Assembly (NCBI GenBank): GCA_046565765.1
Contig: JBKHXX010000057.1
Span: 14,454-78,453, forward strand
Length of the DNA: 64,000 nt
Direction of reading: 5' to 3'
Origin: Acidimicrobiia bacterium
GTDB lineage: Bacteria; Actinomycetota; Acidimicrobiia; Acidimicrobiales; AC-14
In this document: in pieces, positions 16,923 through 25,485 of the stretch
How the letters are laid out: every line of letters starts with the position of its first letter
Numbering within the stretch: the first letter of the stretch is position 1
Notes under the pieces: model-generated
Told to the model about the DNA's origin: nothing
What the model saw: only the letters and a program-made list of their open reading frames with translations
Database searches by the model: none
Position numbers and translations under genes: made by a program

Positions 16923-17001
16923 GTCTGGATTCCGTCCCTGTCCGTCGGTCGTACAGGGGAAGGCTCGCACTTAGTGTCGGTAACATCTACCGTTATAAGC
17001 C

Positions 17002-18144
17002 ATGCTTACTGAGGGTACGGACCGGGTCTCGAGCGGCATCCCCGACCTCGACGAGTTGCTCGACGGTCTGATGCTCGGCGACAACGTGGTGTGGGTCGTC
17101 GAGTCCACCGACACCGTGGCCTTGCTGGAGGACAACCTGCTCCGCGAGGCGGTGCGGCGGAAGCAACCGTGTACCTATGTGACGGCCACCGGCGAGGCGG
17201 CCAAGCTGCGCCGGCGCCTCCCGCCCGAGGTCAAGATCCTCGACGCCCGTCCGGGGAAGCCCAATGCCGATCCCACCACCCTCGAGACCACGATCGTCGA
17301 AGGGTCACGGGGGCCCGTCCCCGCCTGCGTGGTGTTCGACGACCTCGGCACCTTCGCCACCCGCTGGCGCGCCGACCGGGCCGTGGCCTTCTTCAGCCGG
17401 GTCTGCCCCCGCCTGTTCGACCTCGGCGCCCTCGCCTACTGGCGGGCGCCCCGCAAGGAGCTCAGCCGGTCCGCCCTCGACCGCATCACCCAGGTGACCC
17501 AGTGCGTGCTGGAGCTGGGCACCGATCACCTGCGGGTGGTGAAGTCGGAGGGGCGGGAGGCGCGCGTGCAGGGCAGCCTGCTGCGGGTCACCGTCGGGCA
17601 CGGGACGATGTCCCTCGAGTCGCAGTTGGGACTGGGGCGCCTCGGGCGAGGGCTCGAGCGGATCCGCCACGAGCGCAACCTCACCCAGACCGACCTCGCC
17701 CGCATGGGCAAGGTCACGCCCAGCGCCATCTCCCAGGCCGAAGCGGGCCGGCGGGGCCTCTCCCTCGACACGCTGCTGCTGCTCTCGGAGCGTCTCGGGG
17801 TCACCCTCGACGAGCTGCTCTCGGGCGCCACCGCTCCCGACTACGTCCTCGCCCGCCGGCCGCGGGGCTTCAGCGGCAGCAAGCGGGCGCTCCACAACGA
17901 TCCCCGCACCGGGTTGCGGTCCTACCTGGTGCGCCTGGGCCCGGGCGAGTCGGGAACCGCCGAGGAGGTGCACAAGGACGCCGAGCTGGTGCTGGTCGCC
18001 TCCGGCCTGGTGCAGGTCACCGTGGGGGCCGACACGCCGGTCATGCGGGCCGGAGATGCCGTGCTGGCCACCAAGGCGCCGGTCAGCGGCTGGCGGAACC
18101 TCACCGGTGACACGGCCATGCTGTTCGTGGTGCTGCGGGACTGA
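17002..18144 (+). CDS. Three-domain transcriptional regulator: degenerate KaiC/RecA-like domain + XRE-type HTH + cupin
   Basis: SGIPDLDELLDGLMLGDNVVWVVESTDT is the KaiC/RadA-type entry motif, but the P-loop GxxGxGKT is absent. The HTH is LERIRHERNLTQTDLARMGKVTPSAISQAEAGRRGLSLDTLLLLSERLGV. The C-terminal cupin barrel is LVRLGPGESG...LVLVASGLVQVTVG...GDAV. Confidence 0.8.
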   Translation: MLTEGTDRVSSGIPDLDELLDGLMLGDNVVWVVESTDTVALLEDNLLREAVRRKQPCTYVTATGEAAKLRRRLPPEVKILDARPGKPNADPTTLETTIVEGSRGPVPACVVFDDLGTFATRWRADRAVAFFSRVCPRLFDLGALAYWRAPRKELSRSALDRITQVTQCVLELGTDHLRVVKSEGREARVQGSLLRVTVGHGTMSLESQLGLGRLGRGLERIRHERNLTQTDLARMGKVTPSAISQAEAGRRGLSLDTLLLLSERLGVTLDELLSGATAPDYVLARRPRGFSGSKRALHNDPRTGLRSYLVRLGPGESGTAEEVHKDAELVLVASGLVQVTVGADTPVMRAGDAVLATKAPVSGWRNLTGDTAMLFVVLRD

Positions 18145-18147
18145 CGG

Positions 18148-19161
18148 CTACTCGAGCTCGGCGGCCGGGGCTGCCCCGCCCGCAGCCGCCGCGAACCGGC
18201 CGGACACGAACTGCCACACCGCCCCCGTGGTGTCGAACCGAGGGGCCCGGAACCACTCGTGGCCGCCGCCGTTGACGCGGTAGCGCACCACCGCCGTGCC
18301 CGCCCGGCAGTCGGCGGCCCGCACCTCGCTCACGGCCGGCGAGCCCACCGCGGCCACCGGGGCCGCCGCCGGAGCGCAGCCGGCCTGGGCCGACCAGAAG
18401 GAGAACACGTCGTCGACGGCGGCGACGAAGCCGCGCTTCCTCGTGCCCCAGTCGGCCACCCGGCCGCCCCCGTAGGGCACGATGCCGTCGGCCGAGCCGG
18501 CCACCAGCATGGTGGCCACGGCCTGGGCCGGCCGGCACGACCGCTCGAAGCCCTGGCCCGCCGATCCCCCGACCAGGGCGATGGCGGCCACCCGGTCGGC
18601 CAGGTCGCATCCCACCCGGCTCGCCATCACCGCCCCCGCCGAGAACCCGACCACGGCCACCCGTCCGGGAGGGGCGCCGGTGCGGCTCACCGTCTCGTCG
18701 ATCACCAACCGTAGGAAGCGCATGTCGTCGACCGACGTGCCCGCCACCACCGGGTCGGCCCCCGGGCGTCCGTCGTTCCAGGCCCCCCCGAAGGCGTCCG
18801 GGAAGACGAGCACGACGCCGGCCGGGGAGGCCAGCGGCTCCAGCGCCACGGTCGGGCGCATGTCCATCCCCCGCCCGCCCACGCCGTGCAGCACGACGAC
18901 GACGCCCGCGGCAGGGACCCCGCCGGCCGAGGGCGGGACGATGGTCAGCCAGCGCCGCTTCTGGCCGTCGAGCGTCACGAACCGCTCGTGGGCGCCGGCG
19001 GCCAGTCGGGCGAGGGGCTCGACCGCCTCCGTCGACCGGGAGGACGTGATGAGAGGAGCGGCCGGTCCTCCGGGCAGGGCTCGGGCGGAAGGTCGCCCGG
19101 CTTCGACGCCCGCCCCCGCGCACGCGGCCAGCACCGCCGCTCCCAGCAGCCCGGCCGGCAT
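18148..19161 (-). CDS. Secreted/lipoprotein esterase of the PHB-depolymerase (LpqC-like) family
   Basis: Tail of track ORF 18148..21663 from ATG 19161, with GGAGGA upstream. Lipobox-like MPAGLLGAAVLAACAG. Also VVVLHGVGG and nucleophile elbow VGFSAGAVM. Confidence 0.8.
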   Translation of the reverse strand: MPAGLLGAAVLAACAGAGVEAGRPSARALPGGPAAPLITSSRSTEAVEPLARLAAGAHERFVTLDGQKRRWLTIVPPSAGGVPAAGVVVVLHGVGGRGMDMRPTVALEPLASPAGVVLVFPDAFGGAWNDGRPGADPVVAGTSVDDMRFLRLVIDETVSRTGAPPGRVAVVGFSAGAVMASRVGCDLADRVAAIALVGGSAGQGFERSCRPAQAVATMLVAGSADGIVPYGGGRVADWGTRKRGFVAAVDDVFSFWSAQAGCAPAAAPVAAVGSPAVSEVRAADCRAGTAVVRYRVNGGGHEWFRAPRFDTTGAVWQFVSGRFAAAAGGAAPAAELE

Positions 19162-19287
19162 GGTCTTCCTCCACTGCCCCCCCACCGGGGTCAAGACAAC
19201 CACAACCGTGGTCGAAATAGGAAGCCGACCCGCCATACCGCGGGGATCGAACCACGAAGTGGGAGCTAGCCTGGCGGGAGACGGCCG

Positions 19288-21672
19288 ATGGTGACAACTG
19301 ACGGGCGCCTGCTCGGGCCGGGACGCGACACAGGCGGAGTGTCCACCACCGCCTTCGCCGGCGCGCCGGCCGCCACGGCCGAGCGGGAGCTGTTCCTCGA
19401 CACGATCCGGGCCATCGCCCTGCTGCGGGTCATCGCCTGGCACGCCTTCGGGGTGGCCGCCATCACCTACTTCGTGGCCGCCATGCCGGCCATGTTCTTC
19501 GTGTCCGGCAGCCTGCTGGCCAAGTCCATGCGGCGGCGCCCGGCCCGCACCGTGCTGGCTGACCGGTTCCGGCGCCTCCTCGTACCGCTGTGGGCGTTCG
19601 GGCTGGTGGCGTGGGGCGTCATGGCCCTGGTCGCCCGGCAGCAGGGCACCGACCTGCCCCTCGCCCGGGCGGCGGCCTGGGTGCTGCCCCTCGCCGACCC
19701 GAGGGGGACGGCTTGGGAGGGCGGCTGGCTGTCCTCCCACCTCTGGTACCTGCGGACGCTGACGTGGCTCCTCCTGCTGTCGCCGCTGCTGTTCCGGGCG
19801 GTGCGGGCCCGCCGGGGCGTCACGCTGGCCGTGCCGGTGGCTGCCGTGTTCGCCCTCGACCTCCTGGCTCGCGACGCCTCGCTCCCCTTCGGCGACGGCG
19901 TGGCCTGGGCGGTGGGCGACATCGCCCTCTACTCGGTCTTCTTCCTCTCCGGCGCCCTCCACCGCGACGGGGTCTTCGCCCGCCTGCGCCGGCCGGGGTG
20001 GGTGGCGCTGGCGCTGGTGGCGGGGGGGGTGGCGGTGGCCTGGCGGCTCACCCAGCCCGTGCCGCTGGGGGTGGTGAACAACTCCCACCCCATGCACCTC
20101 TTCGTGGGCACGGCGTGGCTCGCGCTGGCCATGGCCGCCCAGGGAGGGCTGGCCCGTCTGGCCACGTCCCGCGTCACCGGTCCGGCGGTGCGGGCCATCG
20201 GCCGCCGCTCGCTGACGATCTACCTCTGGCACACGGCCGCCATCATCGTGGCCGTCAACGCCCTCGAGTGGCGCAACGTGGAGGACCCCCTGGGCCACAG
20301 CGTCGGCCTCGTCCTCCTCACCGCCCTGGGCGTGCTGCTGGCCGTGCGGCTCTTCGGGTGGGTGGAGGACCTGGCCGCCCGCCGCCCCCGCCGCCCCCGG
20401 CGCGACGCCCGGCGCAGTGCCGCCGCCGCCTCTCCCTCCCCGGGCCCCCCGCCGACCGTCGTCTTCCCCCGCCGGATCGGCGTGGCCACCACTGCGGCGG
20501 TGGCCGTCGCCATCCTCCTGACCGCCGGCACCCCGCCCGTGGCCGCACCCGCCACCGAGGCGGCGACGGAGGCACCTCGCGCCGCGGCCCGCCGTCCACC
20601 CGTCCCGTCGCGGCCTCCGCCGGCGCCGGTGTTCGAGGCCCGGTCCTCCGGCCCGTCGCCGGGTGCGGGCCCGACCGCGGCGCTGGCCGAGGCGCCCGTC
20701 GTCCCGCCGCAGGGCCCAGACGACCTCGCCTCCCGCCTCGACGAGATCCTCGCCGAGTGGGCCGCCGACAACCGGGTCAACGGTGCCCTGGCCGGCCTGA
20801 GCGTCGGGCCCCAGCTCCGGTGGACCGGAGCGGTCGGCACCCGCCCCGACACGGCCCGACCCGTCCGGCCCAGCGACGCCGTCGACCTCGCCTCGCTGAC
20901 CAAGCTGTTCACCGCCACCCTCGTGTACCGGGCCGCCGGGGCCGGCCTCGTCGACCTCTCCGGGCCCCTGCCGACCCTCGAAGCCCTCCCCGAGTTCCCG
21001 TACTGGGAAGGCATCACCGTCACCCAGCTGCTCGACCACAGCAGCGGCCTCGTCAACTACCGCGACACGGCCGCCTATGCGGCCGACCCCGCCTCGATCG
21101 GCGATCCCGTCTCGGCCGTCATGGCCAGCGTGGCCGAACCCCGGTTGGCAACACCCGGGGAAGCGAACGTCTACTCGAGCACCAACTTCCTCGTGCTGGG
21201 CGTGCTCCTCGAGCAAGTGACCGGGAGGACCTTCGACCAGCTCCTGCGGGACGAGTTCTTCGGGCCCCTCGACCTGCGCAGCACCGTCCACCTCCCGCCC
21301 GTCCCGGGGGAGCCGAGGGGCGCCACCGCCGGGATCGTCACCAACCTGGCAGACCTGCTCCATGCCGGCGTGGCCATCCTCCGCGACCACGTGGGCCTCA
21401 GCGACGACGCCGCCGCCCGCATGACGACGATCGACGCCGAGACCGGTTACGGCCCGGGGACGTTCGGGTTCTGCCCCTGCCGATTCGACGACTGGGGCGT
21501 CCCCCGCTTCTTCGCGGTCGGGTACTACGGGGCGACGACGCTGCTCGCCTACCTGCCGTCGATCGACATGACGCTCGCAATCGATCTGGTCGACTCCCTC
21601 TGGGAGGACGACCAGTACGCCCCCGTCACCGATCTGGTCGAACGGATCGAGCGCCTCGTCCACGATTCCTGA
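19288..21672 (+). CDS. Membrane acyltransferase-3 domain fused to a serine hydrolase (beta-lactamase fold) domain
   Basis: The N-terminal ~380 aa are polytopic (LFLDTIRAIALLRVIAWHAFG..., LTIYLWHTAAIIV). A Pro/Ala/Arg linker with an extra TM follows. The C-terminal domain carries SxxK (DLASLTKLFTA) and LLDHSSGL. Confidence 0.8.
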   Translation: MVTTDGRLLGPGRDTGGVSTTAFAGAPAATAERELFLDTIRAIALLRVIAWHAFGVAAITYFVAAMPAMFFVSGSLLAKSMRRRPARTVLADRFRRLLVPLWAFGLVAWGVMALVARQQGTDLPLARAAAWVLPLADPRGTAWEGGWLSSHLWYLRTLTWLLLLSPLLFRAVRARRGVTLAVPVAAVFALDLLARDASLPFGDGVAWAVGDIALYSVFFLSGALHRDGVFARLRRPGWVALALVAGGVAVAWRLTQPVPLGVVNNSHPMHLFVGTAWLALAMAAQGGLARLATSRVTGPAVRAIGRRSLTIYLWHTAAIIVAVNALEWRNVEDPLGHSVGLVLLTALGVLLAVRLFGWVEDLAARRPRRPRRDARRSAAAASPSPGPPPTVVFPRRIGVATTAAVAVAILLTAGTPPVAAPATEAATEAPRAAARRPPVPSRPPPAPVFEARSSGPSPGAGPTAALAEAPVVPPQGPDDLASRLDEILAEWAADNRVNGALAGLSVGPQLRWTGAVGTRPDTARPVRPSDAVDLASLTKLFTATLVYRAAGAGLVDLSGPLPTLEALPEFPYWEGITVTQLLDHSSGLVNYRDTAAYAADPASIGDPVSAVMASVAEPRLATPGEANVYSSTNFLVLGVLLEQVTGRTFDQLLRDEFFGPLDLRSTVHLPPVPGEPRGATAGIVTNLADLLHAGVAILRDHVGLSDDAAARMTTIDAETGYGPGTFGFCPCRFDDWGVPRFFAVGYYGATTLLAYLPSIDMTLAIDLVDSLWEDDQYAPVTDLVERIERLVHDS

Positions 21673-21704
21673 CAGGGGCCCGGGCCGCTTACGCTGCCGC
21701 GGCG

Positions 21705-23381
21705 ATGTCCGCGCCCACTGCCGAGACCCTGCAGTCCCGCCTTGAGGCGGCGGGCGACGACGCCGCGCCCGAGGTCACCATCCGGTCCGGACGCCCCTCG
21801 ATCACCGATCCGGTCGCCTTGCTGCGCCACCTGGAAGCGTCGGGCCGGTTCCAGCGGGACTCGCTCATCGGGCGGATCTTCCACCCCGGCCGGGTCTCGT
21901 TGCGGGAGAACCAGCCCAACGACAGCCTCCACGTCGTGGTGCGGGGCAACCACATCGCCGCCCACGTCGACCGCGTCTCTCCCCTGGGGAGCGGCGAGCC
22001 CGGGTACTCCCTGCGCCGCGCAGTGGCCCACAACCTGGCCGGCGCAGCCCACGACTTCGTGCTGCTGGTACGAGGGCGCCAAGGCGACCACCGCTGCGAG
22101 CTCGACTGCCAGTGGGAGTGGGACGGCGATGCCCACGCGGGCGCAGAAGACCTGCTCGACCCGGCCACGACGGCGTGGAGCGTGCAGATCGAGGTCCGCG
22201 TGGCGGCCACGCTGGACGAGGTCCGCCTCCGGCGCGCCTTCGCCACCGTCTTCGCCGGGCGGATGGCCCGGGACGACCCGCTGCGCTGCATCGACTGCCC
22301 CGACGCCGAGGCGCTCGTCGCCGCTCGTACCGAGCTGCAACGCTCCCCGGCGGCGATGGACGACTGCCCGCCGCTGCGGGCGGTCCTGGCCAAGCACCCC
22401 CACGGCGACTACCTGCTGCTGAGCGTCAACCACGCGGCCGCCGACGGGGTCGCCGCCATCGACATGCTCCGGGCCGTGGCCCGGGCGTACGCCGGCCGGG
22501 ACGGCGGGGGCGCGGAGGGAAACGGCTCCGGCCGCCCGCCGATGACGTTCCTGGCCGCCGAGGACCTCCCCGTCCACCCTGCCGCGCCTCCGGTCCTGGC
22601 GGTGGTGGCCGGTGCCCGCGACGCCGTGGAGCGACTGCGGAACTGGCTCGCCCGGCCCGCCCGCCTCGCCCCCGAAGGAGCGACGGCCGAGACCGGCTAC
22701 GGGTTCCACGGCATCCGCCTGTCTGCCGACGACACCCGCCGGGCCATCAACCGCTACCGGGCCAGCACCAGCCGCAACGTGCTGGTGGCCAGCCTCCACC
22801 TCGCCATCGCCGACTGGAACCGCCGCCACGGGAGTCTGCCCCGAGGCCGCGTCGGCGTGCTCGTACCGGTCAACCTGCGCCCCCTGGATTGGCCGGCGGA
22901 GACGCTGGCCAACTGCACGATCAACGCCCGCATCTCCACCAGCCGTCGTCACCGCGCCAACCGCACCGCCGCCCTCGGCGCCGTCCGGGCCCAGCACACC
23001 CGCAGCAAGCGGACGCGCACCGGCATAGCCCTGTTGGCGGCCCTGGAGCGGTCGGGGTTGCTACCGCTGTGGGCCAAGCAGTCCCGGGTCGTGCTCCAGC
23101 CCATCGTCCGCAACCGCTACGTCGACACGGCCATGCTGGCCTACATGGGCTGGATGCACGAGCCGCCGTCGTTCGGGGACGACGCCGGCGAGACGGTGGA
23201 GGTCTGGTACTCCGCCCCGCCCCGCACGCCCTCCTGCCTCTCCATCGGGGCGGTGGTCGTGGCCGGCTGCCTCCACGTGGTTTTCCGCTATCCCCACATG
23301 CTGTTCGGGCCCGAGGCCATCCGGAGCTTCGCCGACTGCTACGTCGCCGCCCTGCGGGTAGTCAGCGAGGGCCGCTCGTAG
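21705..23381 (+). CDS. Condensation/PapA/WS-DGAT-like acyltransferase with an unassigned N-terminal domain
   Basis: Tail of track ORF 19590..23381 from ATG 21705 (MSAPTAETLQ...). Catalytic-type motif LLLSVNHAAADG (HxxxDG). About 145 N-terminal residues have no family I recognise. Confidence 0.7.
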   Translation: MSAPTAETLQSRLEAAGDDAAPEVTIRSGRPSITDPVALLRHLEASGRFQRDSLIGRIFHPGRVSLRENQPNDSLHVVVRGNHIAAHVDRVSPLGSGEPGYSLRRAVAHNLAGAAHDFVLLVRGRQGDHRCELDCQWEWDGDAHAGAEDLLDPATTAWSVQIEVRVAATLDEVRLRRAFATVFAGRMARDDPLRCIDCPDAEALVAARTELQRSPAAMDDCPPLRAVLAKHPHGDYLLLSVNHAAADGVAAIDMLRAVARAYAGRDGGGAEGNGSGRPPMTFLAAEDLPVHPAAPPVLAVVAGARDAVERLRNWLARPARLAPEGATAETGYGFHGIRLSADDTRRAINRYRASTSRNVLVASLHLAIADWNRRHGSLPRGRVGVLVPVNLRPLDWPAETLANCTINARISTSRRHRANRTAALGAVRAQHTRSKRTRTGIALLAALERSGLLPLWAKQSRVVLQPIVRNRYVDTAMLAYMGWMHEPPSFGDDAGETVEVWYSAPPRTPSCLSIGAVVVAGCLHVVFRYPHMLFGPEAIRSFADCYVAALRVVSEGRS

Positions 23382-23399
23382 CGACTGCCGGCGCCGTGC

Positions 23400-24779
23400 T
23401 CAGCCCAGCAGGGTGGCGACCACCTTGCCGTTGCGGAAGACGGTGATGCCCCCGTCGGCCGACACCTTGAGGACGATCTCCGCCGCCAGTGAGAGCGTCT
23501 TGGCGGCGGCCGTGCGGGCGCCCTCGTGGTCGCTGGCCGAGCTGGTCACGATGGCCCCGTAGGCGAGGAGGTTGGCCTCCCGGTCGAGGATCGTGGCCCC
23601 GTCCAGGGCGGCCAGCCGGGCCAGCGTCTGGGCGTCCAGCTCCTCGGCGTCGATGAGATGGTGGAGCTTGGTCTCGGCCCGCATGGCCATGGGGTCGAAG
23701 TCGTTGCGCAGGTCGTAGCGGTCCTTGGGCGAGACGACGCCCTCCAGCGACTCGGGCCCGTCGACGATGGCCAGGATCGCCCCGTGGCGCTGGGCGGAGA
23801 TGATGAAGGCTGCGTCCACGGCGATGTCTGCGGCCACCGCCGTGCCCTCGATGGCATCGGCGATGGCGGCCGCCAACTCCAGCGGGAAGGCCGTCCAGTG
23901 CTCGCCCCGCCGCATCAGCAGGGGCTCACCGTCGGCGAAGACCCAGATCGTGCGGTCGCCGCGGAGGAACATCCCGATCCCGCCCAGGCTGCGGGTGGCC
24001 TCCGCGACCAGGGACCCGCTGTCGGAGAACTCGGCGGCCTCGGGGGCGAGCGGCGGCGCACCCGGGATCAGGTGGTGCGGACGGTGGCGCTGCAGCTCGG
24101 TACGGGCGTTGCCGGCCCAGTCCACGACCAGGACCGACCGCTGGCCGTCGAACAGCAGCGGCGCCCGCTTGGCGGTGCGGAGGTCGGCGGGGTAGGCGAA
24201 CTTCAGCCGGGGACGGTCGCCCAGCGCACCGGTGATGACCACGCCGTGGGTCAGGTCCGAGGCCTCGACCCGGGTGCCGTTCAGCTCGATGAGGAACTCC
24301 AGGGCCTCGGCGATGAGGCCGGCCGCCCGCCCCGGCTCACAGGCGTGGTGGCGGCTGATGGCCTCGACGACGATCGTGTCCCGCAGGGCCCGGCGCAGGG
24401 CCGGCGGCAGGCCTGCACCGCTCCCTGCGGCGGCCAGCGCGGGCATGGCGCGGTAGCGCGCCGCCGTGCGCATCCCCGCCCCCGGCAGGGCGCCCAGGAT
24501 CTCGAGCAGGGGCGTATCGCCCGACGTGACCAGGGGGGCGATGGGCCCGACCAGGCGCACGGTCAGTGCCACCTGCCAGCCCTCCGGGCCGTCGCCGGTG
24601 GCGGTGGCGGTGGCCGTGGCGGCGGCCTCGACCGAGGGGAGAGGCGGGGAGTCCCCGTCGCGGAAGTACAGCACCTCCACCGACGAGCCTTCGAGGATCT
24701 CCACGATGGCGGCGGCCACCGCCTCGCCCACGGGGTCGGGCGGAGCCTCGCCTTCGGTGGACGATCGCTGCCAAGGCAT
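23400..24779 (-). CDS. DisA_N (diadenylate cyclase, DAC)-like domain protein with a large N-terminal putative sensor region
   Basis: Tail of track ORF 23400..25343 from ATG 24779. The C-terminal region is QRHGAILAIVDG...LAALDGATILD...AYGAIV...HEGARTAAAKTLS...VSADGGITVFRNGKVV. The DGA motif is kept, but RHR reads RTA. Confidence 0.7.
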   Translation of the reverse strand: MPWQRSSTEGEAPPDPVGEAVAAAIVEILEGSSVEVLYFRDGDSPPLPSVEAAATATATATGDGPEGWQVALTVRLVGPIAPLVTSGDTPLLEILGALPGAGMRTAARYRAMPALAAAGSGAGLPPALRRALRDTIVVEAISRHHACEPGRAAGLIAEALEFLIELNGTRVEASDLTHGVVITGALGDRPRLKFAYPADLRTAKRAPLLFDGQRSVLVVDWAGNARTELQRHRPHHLIPGAPPLAPEAAEFSDSGSLVAEATRSLGGIGMFLRGDRTIWVFADGEPLLMRRGEHWTAFPLELAAAIADAIEGTAVAADIAVDAAFIISAQRHGAILAIVDGPESLEGVVSPKDRYDLRNDFDPMAMRAETKLHHLIDAEELDAQTLARLAALDGATILDREANLLAYGAIVTSSASDHEGARTAAAKTLSLAAEIVLKVSADGGITVFRNGKVVATLLG

Positions 24780-24823
24780 CCCGCCCAGTGTGCTCGCCGG
24801 CTCCGGGCGAGCACCACCGGGGG

Positions 24824-25441
24824 CTAGGCGCAGGACCCGAAGGGCTCCGGCGCGTCGCCCTTGAAGGCCGTGACGAACTGGGCCAGGCGAGGGTCGTCCA
24901 CGGACTCGAGTCTGAGCTGGCGGCCCCACGACGAGGCGACAACCGGTGCGGGCAGACCGTCGTCCCAGCGGGACACCAGCACCGACCCGCCCGACGGCGC
25001 CATCCGCCGCAGCGCCTCCTTCTCCGCCTCCGGGATGTCGGGCCGGTACGTGATCCAGATGGCGCCGTGCTCGAGCGAGTGCACCGCCAGCTCCGGCGGC
25101 ACCGGCCCGTCGTAGAAGCCGCACGGCTGCCATCCGGGATGGTGCAGGCCGCCCACCGGCGGCCTCTGGGCGTAGGCGACGGTCACCTCCGGCGCCACGT
25201 GGCCCGCGGTGACGGGGAAGGTCTCGACCCCGTCCGGGCCGGCAGGGCGGGTCGGCGCGGGTGCGGTGGAGCGTGCCACCGAGGTGGGCGGCACGGTCGA
25301 GCCCGGCTCGGCCCGGTCCCGGCCGTCGTCCCCACCGCCGCATGCCGCCGCCAGCCCCAGCGCGAGCAACGCCGCCCCTCCCCTCCGCACGCAGTGGAGT
25401 GTACGGAGCGGCCTGGTGTTAGGGCTTCCTTGCAAGATCAA
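24824..25441 (-). CDS. DUF3105-type lipoprotein
   Basis: Signal/lipobox ALLALGLAAACGG. Conserved-looking core GFYDGPVPPELAVHSLEHGAIWITYRPD. The start codon is uncertain. Confidence 0.75.
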   Translation of the reverse strand: MILQGSPNTRPLRTLHCVRRGGAALLALGLAAACGGGDDGRDRAEPGSTVPPTSVARSTAPAPTRPAGPDGVETFPVTAGHVAPEVTVAYAQRPPVGGLHHPGWQPCGFYDGPVPPELAVHSLEHGAIWITYRPDIPEAEKEALRRMAPSGGSVLVSRWDDGLPAPVVASSWGRQLRLESVDDPRLAQFVTAFKGDAPEPFGSCA

Positions 25442-25485
25442 TTAGGTGTCCCTAATATCCGCCCCGCTCTCGCCAAGGAGGCCTC

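Noticed and set aside
18148-23381. Giant ORFs 18148..21663 (-) and 19590..23381 (+) taken at full length
   Set aside because: Only the 3' parts carry recognisable proteins with good SDs (esterase from 19161; condensation-like from 21705). The remaining parts overlap the well-supported AT3-hydrolase gene in other frames or strands and are compositionally non-protein-like.
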